DNA from: Antedon mediterranea
Lineage: Eukaryota > Animalia > Echinodermata
Direction: 5' to 3'
NCBI RefSeq assembly: GCF_964355755.1
Contig: NC_092676.1
Span: 935,788-999,787, forward strand
Length of the DNA stretch: 64,000 nt
The position numbers and the translations under genes were made by a program. The notes under the pieces are model-generated. The model ran no database searches, had not been told where the DNA came from, and was given only the letters and a program-made list of their open reading frames with translations. Below, piece by piece: positions 10,931 through 59,900 of this stretch. Every line of letters starts with the position of its first letter. Position 1 is the stretch's first letter.

Positions 10931-13900
10931 TCATGTATCTGAGATAAGCATGTTCTGATATCTCATTAAGTTCTCATCAAGCATGTGATAGGGAAACGGA
11001 CACTGACTTTCAATCCACTTTGCTGTTCTTAAAAGACTCTTATCCGAGAAACGTGATGCAATAAGTTGCAGACTAATCGGTAGGCCATCAGATGACACAC
11101 ACACTGGTATAGATACTGCAGGAAGCCCTACAAAATAAAAGACAATACATTGCTATAACATATAGCAGTGATTTATATATTTTTTTTTGTGAAATAACTA
11201 ATTCCCCATCAAGTATACTTTAAAATGGAAAAAAAATAAACATTATTTTTAAAAAAATTTTTTAAGTTAGTCACATGTAAGAGTGTAGAAAAGGTAATGT
11301 AAATAGGTAACAGAAATAATGCTGGCATATAAAGAAAATGGAACAGCATATTGCTGTTTAACCAATATTACCTGCTAGATTAACTGTTGTTGCAGCACAA
11401 TCCACCATTGCATATCTGTCCTTATTTGAAGTAACTTCAGCTTGAGTTAAGCCTGGGTAATCAACTATGGGTGTCAAAAGAATGTCGATTCCACTTGCAA
11501 AAACACTTTCAAAGTCTTTACAAATTAATTGTCTAACCTTCATTGCTTGCTCAAAATATTTATCATACTTGCTGTAAAATAAAAACAAGAAAACAAGTAA
11601 ATAATAAAAAACTTCAATAAATAAAGAAATGTTATCATACATTTTGTATAATTTTCACAAAGGTCAACATTATACTCTATGAAGGTTACATGTGAACCTT
11701 GTGTATACATAATGATATATTGCAGCCCAAACTAAAACTGTTATTACCATGATTTATGACCATTGCTAATCTATACTAATATAAAAGCCTTACTCTTTTA
11801 ATAAAAAGTAGTTCCCAGTCAGAATGCGCCCTCTGACAATATCATTGAAGCCTTCATGTCTCGTCTCGGCATAAAGGTCATCTACGGATTCACCTTTTTC
11901 GCTACGATGACCTATAGTCATTTATCACAGTAAAAAATAATAAAATTAAGAATATTCAGTGAGTGATGGGTGTATGTAAATCCAATACACTGTCACATAA
12001 CATTAGTGCAACCATACTTCCATGGTGCAACAAGTAAAAAACTAAATTCTTAAGTTCACTACATTCTTCATTTACTTATTGTTAAGACAAGGTAATAATT
12101 ATTTTATTATTGTTAAGTTAAGCGACAAGTGGAACAGTCCATTGCTTGTGATTGGTCAAGTTACTTATGTTGAGCTTACATCTTTGTGTTGCATCATGGG
12201 AAATAAGTTTTATGTCAATGAAAAATAAATCAAATAACAGTATGTTAGAGGGTACCTTGTACTTACCAAATTCTACACCATCATATATAGACATATTAGA
12301 GGCCACTTCTACGTTGTTTAAGATATTGTAACATGACAACCCATATTGGTGATTGGGCAGTGAGACTTGCGACACACGTGCTCCGCCCGCCTCAAACATG
12401 TCAATACACCTTGACCACGCCTCTAAAACTTTATCTGTTGTGTAGGGTGAACGGAATTCCTAATAAATATTAAAAAATTTTAATAATTTATTTACTGTAT
12501 ATCAAATAAAAATATATAAATTGTCTAATAAGAACTGGAATATTTAGGTTTTTAATTTATTTATATAACAACATTTTTATGACGACTTCAGAAAACTTAG
12601 TTTGGCTAACCCAAAAGTTAAGTAAGAAATGAACTCCAAACTTATACTGTAGATAACAGGTATATCACATATACTGTAATACCTTTGGGATTCCAATATG
12701 CAATTTCTGAACAGAAATATCTTCTGGTAGAGAAATGTGTGGAAATGGTCTTGCATCAGATGTGGAATCAAGTGGATCATGACCTCCAATGGCGTCTGAA
12801 AGAAGAGGTGTCAAATAACAAATACCTTGCTGTTTCTGGTTGGCTTTTAAATAGGAATTTCCTTAAGTTTAAGTTGAATTAATACTATTAAAAATAAGTT
12901 ATAGTAAGACGTCTATTCTGTAAAAAATATTCTGTAACTCAATCAATATTTAAGTTACAATTTAAAATGTAAAGGTCTGTCTACACTATCAAACTTTATG
13001 TCACAGAAAGATGTAATGTGCTCATACATAGACATGATGATGTCATATCACTACTATATTCGGGCACATCACACTTTTTTTTTGTTAAACTAGTTTGATA
13101 GTGTAGACAGAGCTTAAGGGTGTTTTACTTGGCCTAAATGTGATCGGTGCGCAGGTATACTGTAGTACACATCACAAAGCACAGTCTTCTAGACATTGCT
13201 CCCAAATGGTTGACACACACAGGATGCATGTGGTACGTTGCCATACTAGGAATTTATTCTACAGGTTAATGTACACATGCTCAACAGCCTACAGTATACT
13301 TCTCAACTACAGTATATAGCATATGAAATGACATAATTTCCACCTTGTTTCTAGCCTTGTGGGGTCATAGCGCTTTAGAGAAAAACATTTTTTTTGGGTT
13401 AAGCACTATACTGTACAAAAGACAATTATTACAGTATTATTATTATTAAATATTTTGCATTAGCCCACAGTAGCTAATTCATATTACCAATTATAAATGT
13501 AAAAATGATATGTACTTAAAACTAGAGCAGCATCATCTATATATCTTGTCAATATACCAGGACAGTCAAGAGAGTGAACTAATGGAATTAGACCATATCG
13601 TGATAAAAGTCCATATGTAGGTTTGTAGCCGACTACTCCACACAAAGCAGCAGGTACTCGTACAGAGCCTGAAGTGTCTGAACCTAATGCACTGAAAACA
13701 TTGAAAAGTCACAGATTATTAAAAAGATAAGAGACGTTAATAATTTAAGAGATGTTAATAATTTAAGAGACGTTAAAACCCGAACAGTAGAAAGTTACAT
13801 TTAAAAAAAAACATACTAAACTTTTTAGGTTGAGTTTCTTTATTCAGCAATGTCATAAAAATACAAGCATCATCACTTATTTGGCAAATTTAGCAGAAAA

Positions 13901-16067
13901 ATAAACAAATCTTAAAAATTAGAAGAAAATTAACTTACGCAAAACAAGCACCAACAGCAACAGCCACAGCGCTACCACCGGAACTGCCGCCAGTCGTAAA
14001 CCAATCAGAATCCCCGATACTGGTCACATGATCTGTATGATCGGCCTCAGACTGATGGTTTCTTTTTGTAAGTTTTTCTGAACGTTCAAATGGATATCGC
14101 CAAGGGTTTCTAACTGCACTATGAACACCGGTGTTTGAATAACTCCTTAAATAAAATGTCAAACAAAACAAAAATTGTAGCATAAAAACATTTTGTATTG
14201 TGAGACAACTCTTTATTAAAGTATTCCTTGTTTTACAAGCAATTAATGTAGAGGGCGCCACAGTACATGTTAACTGTAATGGATTAGTAAAGATTATTAT
14301 TATACATTTTAATGAAATATTTAAAGTATACATTTGGTATTTTTTAAGTAATCTTAGAATTAAAGTTTGAGTGAAATAAAAGTCATAAATCATAATTTCT
14401 GTGACAATTGAATTGTTAGCATATTATTGAAACTTACCCCATTGCAAATTCATCCAGGTTGAGTTTTCCCATGCTGATAGCGCCCTCATTCAACATTCGT
14501 TTAACAACAGTCGCAGTGTATGGTGGCTTGTAACCTGTAGAAAAAACCCATTAACAACATCTATAAAATAATTATTTTAAATGTATTATAAAGAATAGCC
14601 TTAATAATAGAATAGTCTCTTAGCATTATAGAAACAATCAAACTATTATACTATAGGCATTTAAAGCATACTCACATTTGAATGAACTAATCTAAATGGG
14701 GACTACTTTCAAGTTTATTGTTTCACACATATTAAAAAAAATATACAGAACATTTGATAAATTGATAAATATAATTAATAAATTAAGCAATTTTAGGAAT
14801 CTTGATTGGAATTCCTTTCAATGCTCCTTAGTTGTTTGTGTATTTATCTTTGTCTTGATGATTCAGTAGAAATCCAGATGATCCTGCAGAAATCAGATGA
14901 TCCTGCAGCCCCATCCCTTCTTGATATTTGTTATATTGGTATTAGGTTAGTTTTACAAGTATATAAACCTACAGTAAAATGGAATGATGATGTCATACCA
15001 GAGAGACTTTTTGAAGCACATGTTGTTGTAACATCTCTAGTGGAGAAGTTGTCTTTCACAGCAACAGGAATTCCATCAAGTAATTTTAAAAGTTTACCTA
15101 AAAACAAAAATAAATAAACTTGTGATGGTTAAGCAGGCCTTGTCTTTTGAGAATTGCACTCCTCACACATTCAGGGTTCTTGTAGGTGTGCCTTCTTTGG
15201 GGGTATTTTAAGAGCGTGTTAGGCGAGTGATTACACCTCAAAAGACTGGTTAAGGAACATGTAAAGAGATGTTTGTGGGTACATTATGTGTTTCCTGAAA
15301 TAGAAAATAGTAATAAGAGATAATTGAGATTGTTTGTTTGTCTGTCTAGAACAACCATCTTCTGAAGTAACAAAATGTTAGTTAGTATGTTGAGAGTTAT
15401 ATTATATCATATGATATTGATGATATTCAAGCAGAAAAAGTATTCAAAAGTGAACATTTAAAACAAAATATTTAACCTTTTGAAATGCGTTGATCCGTTT
15501 CTTCTACGTTGTATTTGGCTGAATCAAACGTTGTTGTGACAAAAAAATTCAATTCACTGAAAACTTGTGCTCGTTTTCGACAGCGAGAGTAAAGTTTATT
15601 AGCTGATAATTTGCCTTCTTTTAACTGCCTAATGATCTAGAATTTGAAAAGAAATACTAACTTCAAATGTATCTGTAACGTTGGGCCAATCACAATGACA
15701 CACCTCACAACCCAAGCTTATTCATTATGCGTGGTGATGACCTCCTTCTAGCTAGCCTTTAGGCCATACACTAGTATAAGTAGTGTACTGTTGCCTACCT
15801 AGGATAACTAGTAGGGGATCCGTCTAGTTTGTACACTCCTCCTAGCCAGTAGATAGTAGTAGTAGTAGTAGTCCTCTTAACTAACTAAGACTCTAGAGTT
15901 TTAGGCCTAGCCTAAACTATACTAGTATTAGTATTTAGGCTCCCTTTTCTTTTTCTAGTTAGTAGTACAACAAGGCCTAGCTAGCCTACTCTATAGTTCA
16001 GAATAAGACTACCAGCTTAGAATAGACGTAGTGACAAACTTACTTCTTTGATCTTGTATTTAGACAT
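10931..16067 (-). CDS. QRSL1: Glutamyl-tRNA(Gln) amidotransferase subunit A, mitochondrial (GatA), 527 aa
   Basis: Exons 16044-16067, 15477-15636, 14999-15097, 14438-14534, 13939-14145, 13516-13691, 12683-12795, 12267-12459, 11794-11911, 11372-11571, 10931-11127 join in frame. Amidase signature motifs [62 protein letters not shown]; GatA-type [12 protein letters not shown] and [11 protein letters not shown]. Confidence 0.93.
12973..13114. mobile_element. MITE family A copy
   Basis: Family A TIRs with TAA target duplication on both sides. Confidence 0.8.
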
Positions 16068-16529
16068 CTTATACCACCGAAATAGTGATTTAAGTTTATT
16101 TATTCTGACAAAATAAAAACATACCCTCGATGCATCTCACACATGTGATGTGCACTCATGCGTATCAGAAAAGATCCAGCCAATCACAAGGCATGATGAT
16201 CAGCCCAATAAACAGGTATATAACACTTAAATCTCAAATAAGTAACCTAAAGTTACGTTCTTAAATGTGTTAATTAATTCTGTATAGATAGTTACGTACC
16301 GTATAATATTTTGGGGTCACCACCAGTTAGTTAGACTATCTTTTATTGCCATTTCTTACGTTGTTTTTGCATGTATTTTGTTTACTGAAATATAAGCGAA
16401 CGGCTGATTGAAGTCTAATCCAGGCGAACGACGCCACCACCACACACACACACGTACACGGCCGAAGTGTTTCCAGCCCCGGCAGAAAACTGATAATTTC
16501 ACTACATTTCTTGAGTATTTAATGCCACT
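16068..16529. promoter_or_regulatory. Putative bidirectional promoter shared by QRSL1 and CDC5L
   Basis: Divergent start codons are separated by only 462 bp; CCAAT motifs near 16180 and 16205. Confidence 0.6.
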
Positions 16530-51983
<35,454 letters not shown>

Positions 51984-53901
51984 TTGATATCCATCAAGGG
52001 ATTGATACATCTGACGAAAATGGAGAAAAATAAAACAGCATCCCAAAAAAATAATTAATATTTCTGATTCATTATTATTAACTCTGATTAACTTCTAAAT
52101 CCCATGTTTATGATTATTGTCACAGTTATGATAATTTTTATTTTAGAAAATGTGAAATAATATGATGTTAACCGAATGATAATTTGACTACTACTGTAAT
52201 AAGAATTCATAGGAGTGTTCAATATAAAATGATGATAATAATAATAATTTATTTGGAGTTTACACTTTTACAACAGTGGCACTCGACCAAGAGGAAGGTG
52301 CATCCAAAATACACAAAAACTTCACACAGTAAACAACAAATATAAAGTCAGCATAAGTCAACACATAATTTCTAGGGATCATGTCAAAATAATTCGACTC
52401 ATTGTAAATGTGATACAATTGATTAATTACACCAGCAACAATGCACCAAGATGATCACTTAATGAAAAAAACCAATATAAAATGAATTGGCAAAGTATGC
52501 CAGTAAACCCACTAACTACCATTTGTTTTTCAATATTTGTTATAAATATTTAGGCATTACTGACTCCTTTGTTCAATTTCGTTTCCTTCGCCATATCTTT
52601 TCTTTTCGTCTATCGCTTTTTGCTGTTTTCCTCAACCTCTCTGGGACAGCATCATCTTGAAGTTATATACATTAACATAAAGTTTGATTGTGCTTTAGTT
52701 TCTGTCTTAATGAAACAGCCTATGGTAGCTACCGTATGGTATTTCATCATCATTTTTGCATCATGAATTTTCAAATAAATCCTGTAAAAATATGATTTCT
52801 TTTTGCAGTGTGTCTGTTTGTCATACTAAACAGTTAATTGTTTTCACTTGCATGTTATACACTATGATATAAGAGCTCTTAATCTTTACAGTTGGGAGTC
52901 CCGTTGGAGTACGTCATGGGTGTTATTTTATCTTTTAAATTGCAAGTCAGTTTTATTTCAATTTTATTCAATTTACCTTATAAGGACTTGGAAATGACAG
53001 TTGAAATTAGCAGGGCTAAATTTAACCAGTTACATCAAACTGATTAAGCTGAATAATATGAACGTATAATTTGGTTGATTAGTTAAATTCAATGATTGTT
53101 TAAAAATATCATTATGACGTCATTAACCATTGACGTCATTCCTTCGTGAACCATCGTACCAAGTCAGGACAACAGGTTGTGGATTATGCCAAACAATGTT
53201 TTTCCACCTGTTTTGTCTTTTTCGTTAAACCCGCTTTAAACCCGAAAAATACAAACGCGCAAATACATAAAACGCTGGCAATAGGAGGTGCGCATTTTGT
53301 GGCTTATTTTGACATAGTAGGCTACAGTACAAACTTCAGTCTGTTGCAAGATTGAAAATTACATTTTATTGTACAAAAAAATATGTTTCTAGGGGGCTGT
53401 GGCAAAATATAAACCTCACTCTATCCTAAACAGACCTGATAAATATATTTAAAAAATAAGGTCAAATACGCAATGTTGTGTGCCCCCATAATTCCTATAG
53501 GAGTTGACTTTTATGCCTACTCACAGCAGACTTGAAAAATGTGAAGGAATTTGACTTATTTGCTGAACCATAACAAAAATAACAAATAACGATACCAAAA
53601 GCAAAGGGGTGCACTTAAACATTTATGTTGACCCGGCCAAGCACAACATATATTTCGACATTTCAAAGAACCGATGTATAAGGTTAGTACCATGTATAGT
53701 ATTGTCACAAAAATGTTTAAAAACGTATTGTTTCCTGATCGTAGGTAGTTATATTTGTTTAATGTATTAGCGTGTCCTGTTTGACCCTTTTTTATTATTG
53801 AATTACAGGTAGCCGAACAATAGCAACAACACAGACAGTCGCGTTGTATCACACAGACTGCTGCTGAATAGTGAGAACATTGTAGCACGTACGTCGTCAA
53901 A

Positions 53902-56900
53902 ATGGGAAACCGTAGCTCGGCTGATCTGATGAGAGACAGAAGCAGGGCTTATACGGGAACAGTAAGTGGATTTGACCCGTACGTAGTGTTGGCAATGCGA
54001 CGAGGAATCAACCCACCCTTATTCAGAATTCCGTCTAGTCTGGCCGATCAAGTTGATAATTTAGGCCAATATGATTATCCTTTTGAAAACCTGGTGTTTG
54101 CCGGAGGAGGAAACAGACTGTTCGCATATACAGGGGCCTTAGAGGTAAGACAGACAGACAGACTGATCACATTTATCTAGATAGCTTAGTAGCAGCAAGT
54201 GCAATGACGTCAGAGTAGGGAAAAACATCTGACCAATACGGAAACTTTGCTTGCGATTTTGTTTACATATTTTTACATTATAATTGGTGGTGAAATAAAA
54301 TAAAAAGCTAGGAAACCTAAAATACTGACAATTTATGCAATCTTTTCCCATTCACTTTACCAACTTACTTAATTCCTGTTTGTGGTAGTTTTAAACAATA
54401 TCTTATACGAGTTCAGTTTTGTGTTTTAAGTAGGCTACTATAAAGTGAACATAAATTAATGTTACAATGATATGGGGCGCCATGACCTCACATAACTACT
54501 ATTTGTATTTCCTCTACTGTCAAGCTGAATTGTGTCGCTATAAAATGTTTCAATAAGGAAAATATGCTTCAGAGAACAGTTTTTGATGGCCAACCCATAG
54601 TATGAAATGTCTATAATTACTATATAATATAGTTGTTATATTTCAATTGTTAGGCTTTATGAGACCGAATAATAGATTCTCTCTTGTATAGGAGCGGAGT
54701 GACTCTGTAGACCTACTAAGAATAATGTAGTTGCACTATGGCATTGTACACTCCGTCAGAGTAGGACAACCACATCTAACTTACAATGGCATTGTAATAA
54801 TAATATAATTGTATGCTTTTCACTCATTTTTAGCCATGAATAATATCAAAACACAAAGCAAGATGTGTGTTAAACAATAAACTGTTCCTTTTTATTATTT
54901 CGTTTTTGAATACGTTTTATACCTACGGTATGGCAATGACACGTACTGTCACAAGTACAGCAACCCATGTAAAGCGTGCATCCCACTAGCGACGCAACGC
55001 AAGGACGTAACGCAACGCAAGTGAATTGACTAGTCACAAGCGATGGCTTATTCGCTTGTGATTGCTAACTGTCTATAACTTCGCTTGTCATTGGTTAAAA
55101 CGCTTGCGTTGCGTTTACGTCCTTGCGTTACGTTCTAGTGGGAACCAAGCTTAAAGCGTGCTTCCCACTAGAGACGCAACGCAAGGACGTACGCGCAACG
55201 CAAGGACGTACGCGCAACGCAAGCGAGTTGACCAATGACAAGCCACTGTTCGAATAATCCATCGCTTGAGATTGGTCAAATCACTTACGTTGCGTTACGT
55301 CATTGTGTTGCGTCGCTATTGGGAACCAAATTCTATTAAGCCCACAACAGGAGAATTTTGTAAAATGTTTTACAACTTCCTGAACGTAGTACAGTAACAT
55401 TAAAAATGTTGTGACGTTTAACAAATATATAGGTTTTGCATGAAACTGGGATTCTTAAGAACATCAAAAGGTTTGCTGGGACAAGTTTAGGCGCCCTTAC
55501 AGCTTGCTTTGCTGCCCTCGGTGTGCATCCTAGAGAGGTGGTAGTAGAGGTAGAAAAAGTTCGAAGAGACATTAGAAAAATGTTAAAAGGTAATGCTTTT
55601 TTTTCGATATTTCTATCTATGAAAATGTCCTATCGGCCAAGGCTTGTCCACTGGACCGTAACGCCAGGACGCACGCATGTTAAAAGGAAATAATTTATTG
55701 GTTCCCATTGAGACGCAACTTTACCAATTACGACACGATGAATCATTATCTATCGCGTCGTGATTGGTCAAATATGTTATACGCGCATTGCGCGACGTCC
55801 TTGCGTTACGTCTTGTAGTGACGCAACGTAAGAAAATGCCCTTCCAATAACTATGTTTGTCCCCACCTACGGGAAATCAAACCCGCGATGAAGTTTGCAG
55901 CACGTCGTTTGCGTTTCGGCAATGTAGCACTTTGCGTCGCCGCGTTGCGTTACGTTGCGTCGTATTTTGTCAAATGACAGATGCTGTAATTTGCGAACTA
56001 TTTACAGATTCTAGATGGGGTATCCTGAGCTTGATTCCAAACACGCTGAAACGATACGGTTGGCATCCCGCCAACGTCTATGCGAGATGGTTAGAGTTGA
56101 ATCTGTCAGATTATGCAGGAAAGCCAGATATTACGTTTAGAGAGGTGAGTACAGCTCTGTCTATACTATCAAAGTTTATATGACAAACACATGTGATGTG
56201 CCCATATATGGACATGATGATAATAATAATAAATAATAACAGGATTTTTATAGCGCACATACCACTCAAGAGTGCTCAAGGCACATTTGGGCATAATTAT
56301 CAGCATATTTGATTTTTGTCTGAAAACTATAAAATGTAAGCTCAAGTATTCACCATTATACGTATTAAACGCCATATGTGCCAACAATATTTATCTTTTT
56401 ACTAATATCGGTCTAGAACCTAGACTACAATCGGCGGTGCGTCCGTAAACTCGCGCAAACAGCGGAAACCAGGTAAGTAAAGGCAATGCTGAAAATCGGT
56501 TACGAATTAGTCGTTATATGTTGTATTTCATTATATTGTAATAGTTTTACGAAAAGACGGGAAAAGAGTTGTGCTGTGTGACAACGAATCTAAATCAGAT
56601 GTCTGTTGAATATTGTCACGTGAAAACCACACCAGATATGCCAATTATCATCGCATTGAGAATGTCAATGTCTTTACCCGGTAAGTCCAGTCATAATTAT
56701 GTAGGGTTCAGGATTAGTTATTAACCCGTTAAAGTTGTTGATCTTACCCATTAAAGGTAACTGTACTGAGAACTTACACAATTCACCCGCGGATAAGCTA
56801 TATAAACTCAAGTTTAAAAGCTCTCGTCTTAATATTAGGAGGGACACGTTCTCCAGGAGAGTTATTCTCTTATGGAATGCTCTGCCTGCGGATGTAGTTT

Positions 56901-59900
56901 CATGCGCTACGGTGAACTTGTTCAAAGCAAAACTTAACGTCGCATGGTCTAACCACCCGCTGAAGTTTTCACCCTATATAGAATATGATTTTATTGCTAG
57001 AGGGGCTTTTAAGCACTGAGTGATTCGCCTCGATCCCGTAGACGAAAGTGTACGGGAAACAAGTAAACAAGTAAGCCTTTGAAAGCTTGGTTCTCACATG
57101 AAGTGTAGTTCTCACTATGACGCAAACACAACGACGCAGATTTACTTGCGACGGATAATAAAAACTGTCACTTTGTGATTGGTCAACTTACTTGTGTTGC
57201 GCTTAAGATCTGTCTACACTATCAAACTTCATGTGACAAAATAATGTGATGTGCCCATATATGGACATGATGATGTTATATCACTACCATAATTTGAGTA
57301 TATCACTACCATATTTGGGCACATCACACTTTTTTTGTCAAACTAGTTTGATAGTGTAGACAGGGCTTCACACGTCCTTGCGTTGTGTCCAAATGATAAC
57401 AACGTACGCGCAGTGCAATTCATTTAACCAATCACAAGTTCTATAGATTAATCGCTGCGTCGTTTTCAACTTGGGAACTAGCTTAGTAGGATGTAACACT
57501 TAGTTTGTTGTTGTTTCCTTAGTACTTTTACAAGCTGTAAAACATCAAATGCATGGAGAAGAAGATGTTTTCGTAGATGGCGGTCTCCTGTGTAACTACC
57601 CTATTCATGTCTTTGACGGTAAAACTCTTTATAATTCGTTTAAACTTGCCCGGCCCCATACTTATAAAGTAGGATCGTGCAGGTGTGTGTGTATGTGTTA
57701 TGTATGTATGTTAATATACCACAGTTCTGTATAATTTACAAATTAAAGTTACAATAAATATAACAAATAACAAACATAAAAATCATATAAATTATTTTAC
57801 TGAATCAATGAGTATAATGTTCAAGAAATAACATATTTCTTGTATTTTATAGGTTGGTGGCTTTCAATGGATAAGAGTGATAACTTATTTGTTCGTTTAA
57901 ACTCATTTGTTAACGCATTTAAGATGATGGAAACGAAAGAGCGATTTGGAACGCGAAACGATAAAACGCTTGGTATATCTCTGGTAAGATAATGGGTTGC
58001 AGTGTAAGAATTTATTTTATTTACTTATTCCTTTTAGTGAAACATAAAAAAGGGAGCACTGAGGGGAGACAAGAGCTGTCAAAGACAACTATCGCCAAAA
58101 GACATGTCTCTCCAATATTTATTCCTTAGGCTTTTTCCCACTAAAGGAGTAAAAGCGAACCGTACCGTACTGAACCGAACGTACTGAACCGAACGTAATT
58201 TGACCAACTACACACGCTATAAAATGGGTTATTTTGAACTGTCACTTGTCAATTGCTAACTTGCTTGCGTTGCGCTTACGTCTTTTTTTTTATGCGTCCT
58301 AGAGGTAACTTTTGGGATAATGTTTTTATTTTATAGTATACGGCATCAGAGTCGACTTTGATGCAAAGTTTGTTACACGATCGCTATAGTGGCAGCTTTG
58401 CCAAAGTTCCAAATACTAAATTAGCAAGGTACGTAAAAACGAAAACTTTTAACACATATTTTAACATTAGGAAGCTTTCGATTTGCGGCGACCTACGACT
58501 GACCTAGGTCAGGTCAGGTCACGATGAGAAAAATAGAAACTATTAAACCTGTGTTGAGGCGAGGAGCGAAGACACGTCCATCCCCCTCCCATGCGCACAA
58601 TGAATCGGCGGTCGTCGCAAATCGAAAGCTCTCTATTGGTTCAACTGGGACACGCAACGCAAAGATGTACGCGCGACGACACATTTTGCTGAACGTAAAA
58701 TTATTTTCTTGTTTGCATAGTCATCATCCTGTTACGTAGAATTATCCCTTACTTTCTCTAGGTCAAGGAGAGTAAATATGGCCGAAGACAATCTCGCAAG
58801 AAGACGTGTTGATGCATTCGCTCGCTTTTTTAGCCTTCTCAAAGATCAAGACATGGATGCAAGTGGATACCTAAATTTCAAAGAATTTAAACATTTTATC
58901 CAAAAGGTACCGGTACGTTTTTAAACAGCATATCCTGTATACTATTCACGTACAGAGTTGTCGTGGGGTACGCGGAATAGTTAGCAAAATGAACTGCATC
59001 AAGAGAAAGATGCACATTTATTCTACCACAAAATCAAATGAGGGTGGAATCAAAAATTGTGTCACTTCTTACACACCTGAGACATCAATTTTTCAATTTT
59101 ACTCTTCCCATGGTGTTATTCAATAACATCGTAGCGCAACTTGCTGAGAGCTTTTTTTGTATGAGATTGAAATGTTTTTTTAACCTAATGTTTGTACTTT
59201 AGACTAACAGGTTGTCATTTTCAAATGATTTTGAACTTCTTTTTGGGAAGAATATCTCCATCGATGAAGCCTTTGAACATATTGATACAAATGGAAATGG
59301 CAAGGTAAGCGATTCACCTTCATGTATGTTCACATTGAAATTGAAAACTGAGTGAAAAAGAATTGATGAACAATCAAGTAAATAAAAGAGAGAGAACAGA
59401 CGAAAATCTAACGGAATTACGAGTAAGCATAAAGAGACGAACAAACAAACAAACGAATGACAAATACGAACGGACGAAAACTAACAAAAGGAGACGAATA
59501 AGATAAAGAGCGAATTGACAAAATAACCTACGACAGATATACCGACAGATAAAATATAAATATATTCTATAGATCGCTGCTTATGACTTGGTTCGCTTTG
59601 CTGAAACTAGAGGAATTCACGTAAACTCAAAGCTGCTGGGTTACGAACGACAGGACATCAGTAGCCTGTCAGGATACGTACAAGCACTGTTCAATAGTGT
59701 AGTCAACCACGCCATGAAAGAGTTTGTAAAGGTAACAAAATTGGTTCTTTTACTATAGACAAAATGGATAATGCTAATTTTGTCGACAAAATATTTTGGA
59801 CATAAACAATTCGATAAAGATTTTTTTATCTTTTGTGGTAGCCACCACCTTTATTCATCATTCAATCTTTAATAAATATATTACAATTGTTGTATATACT

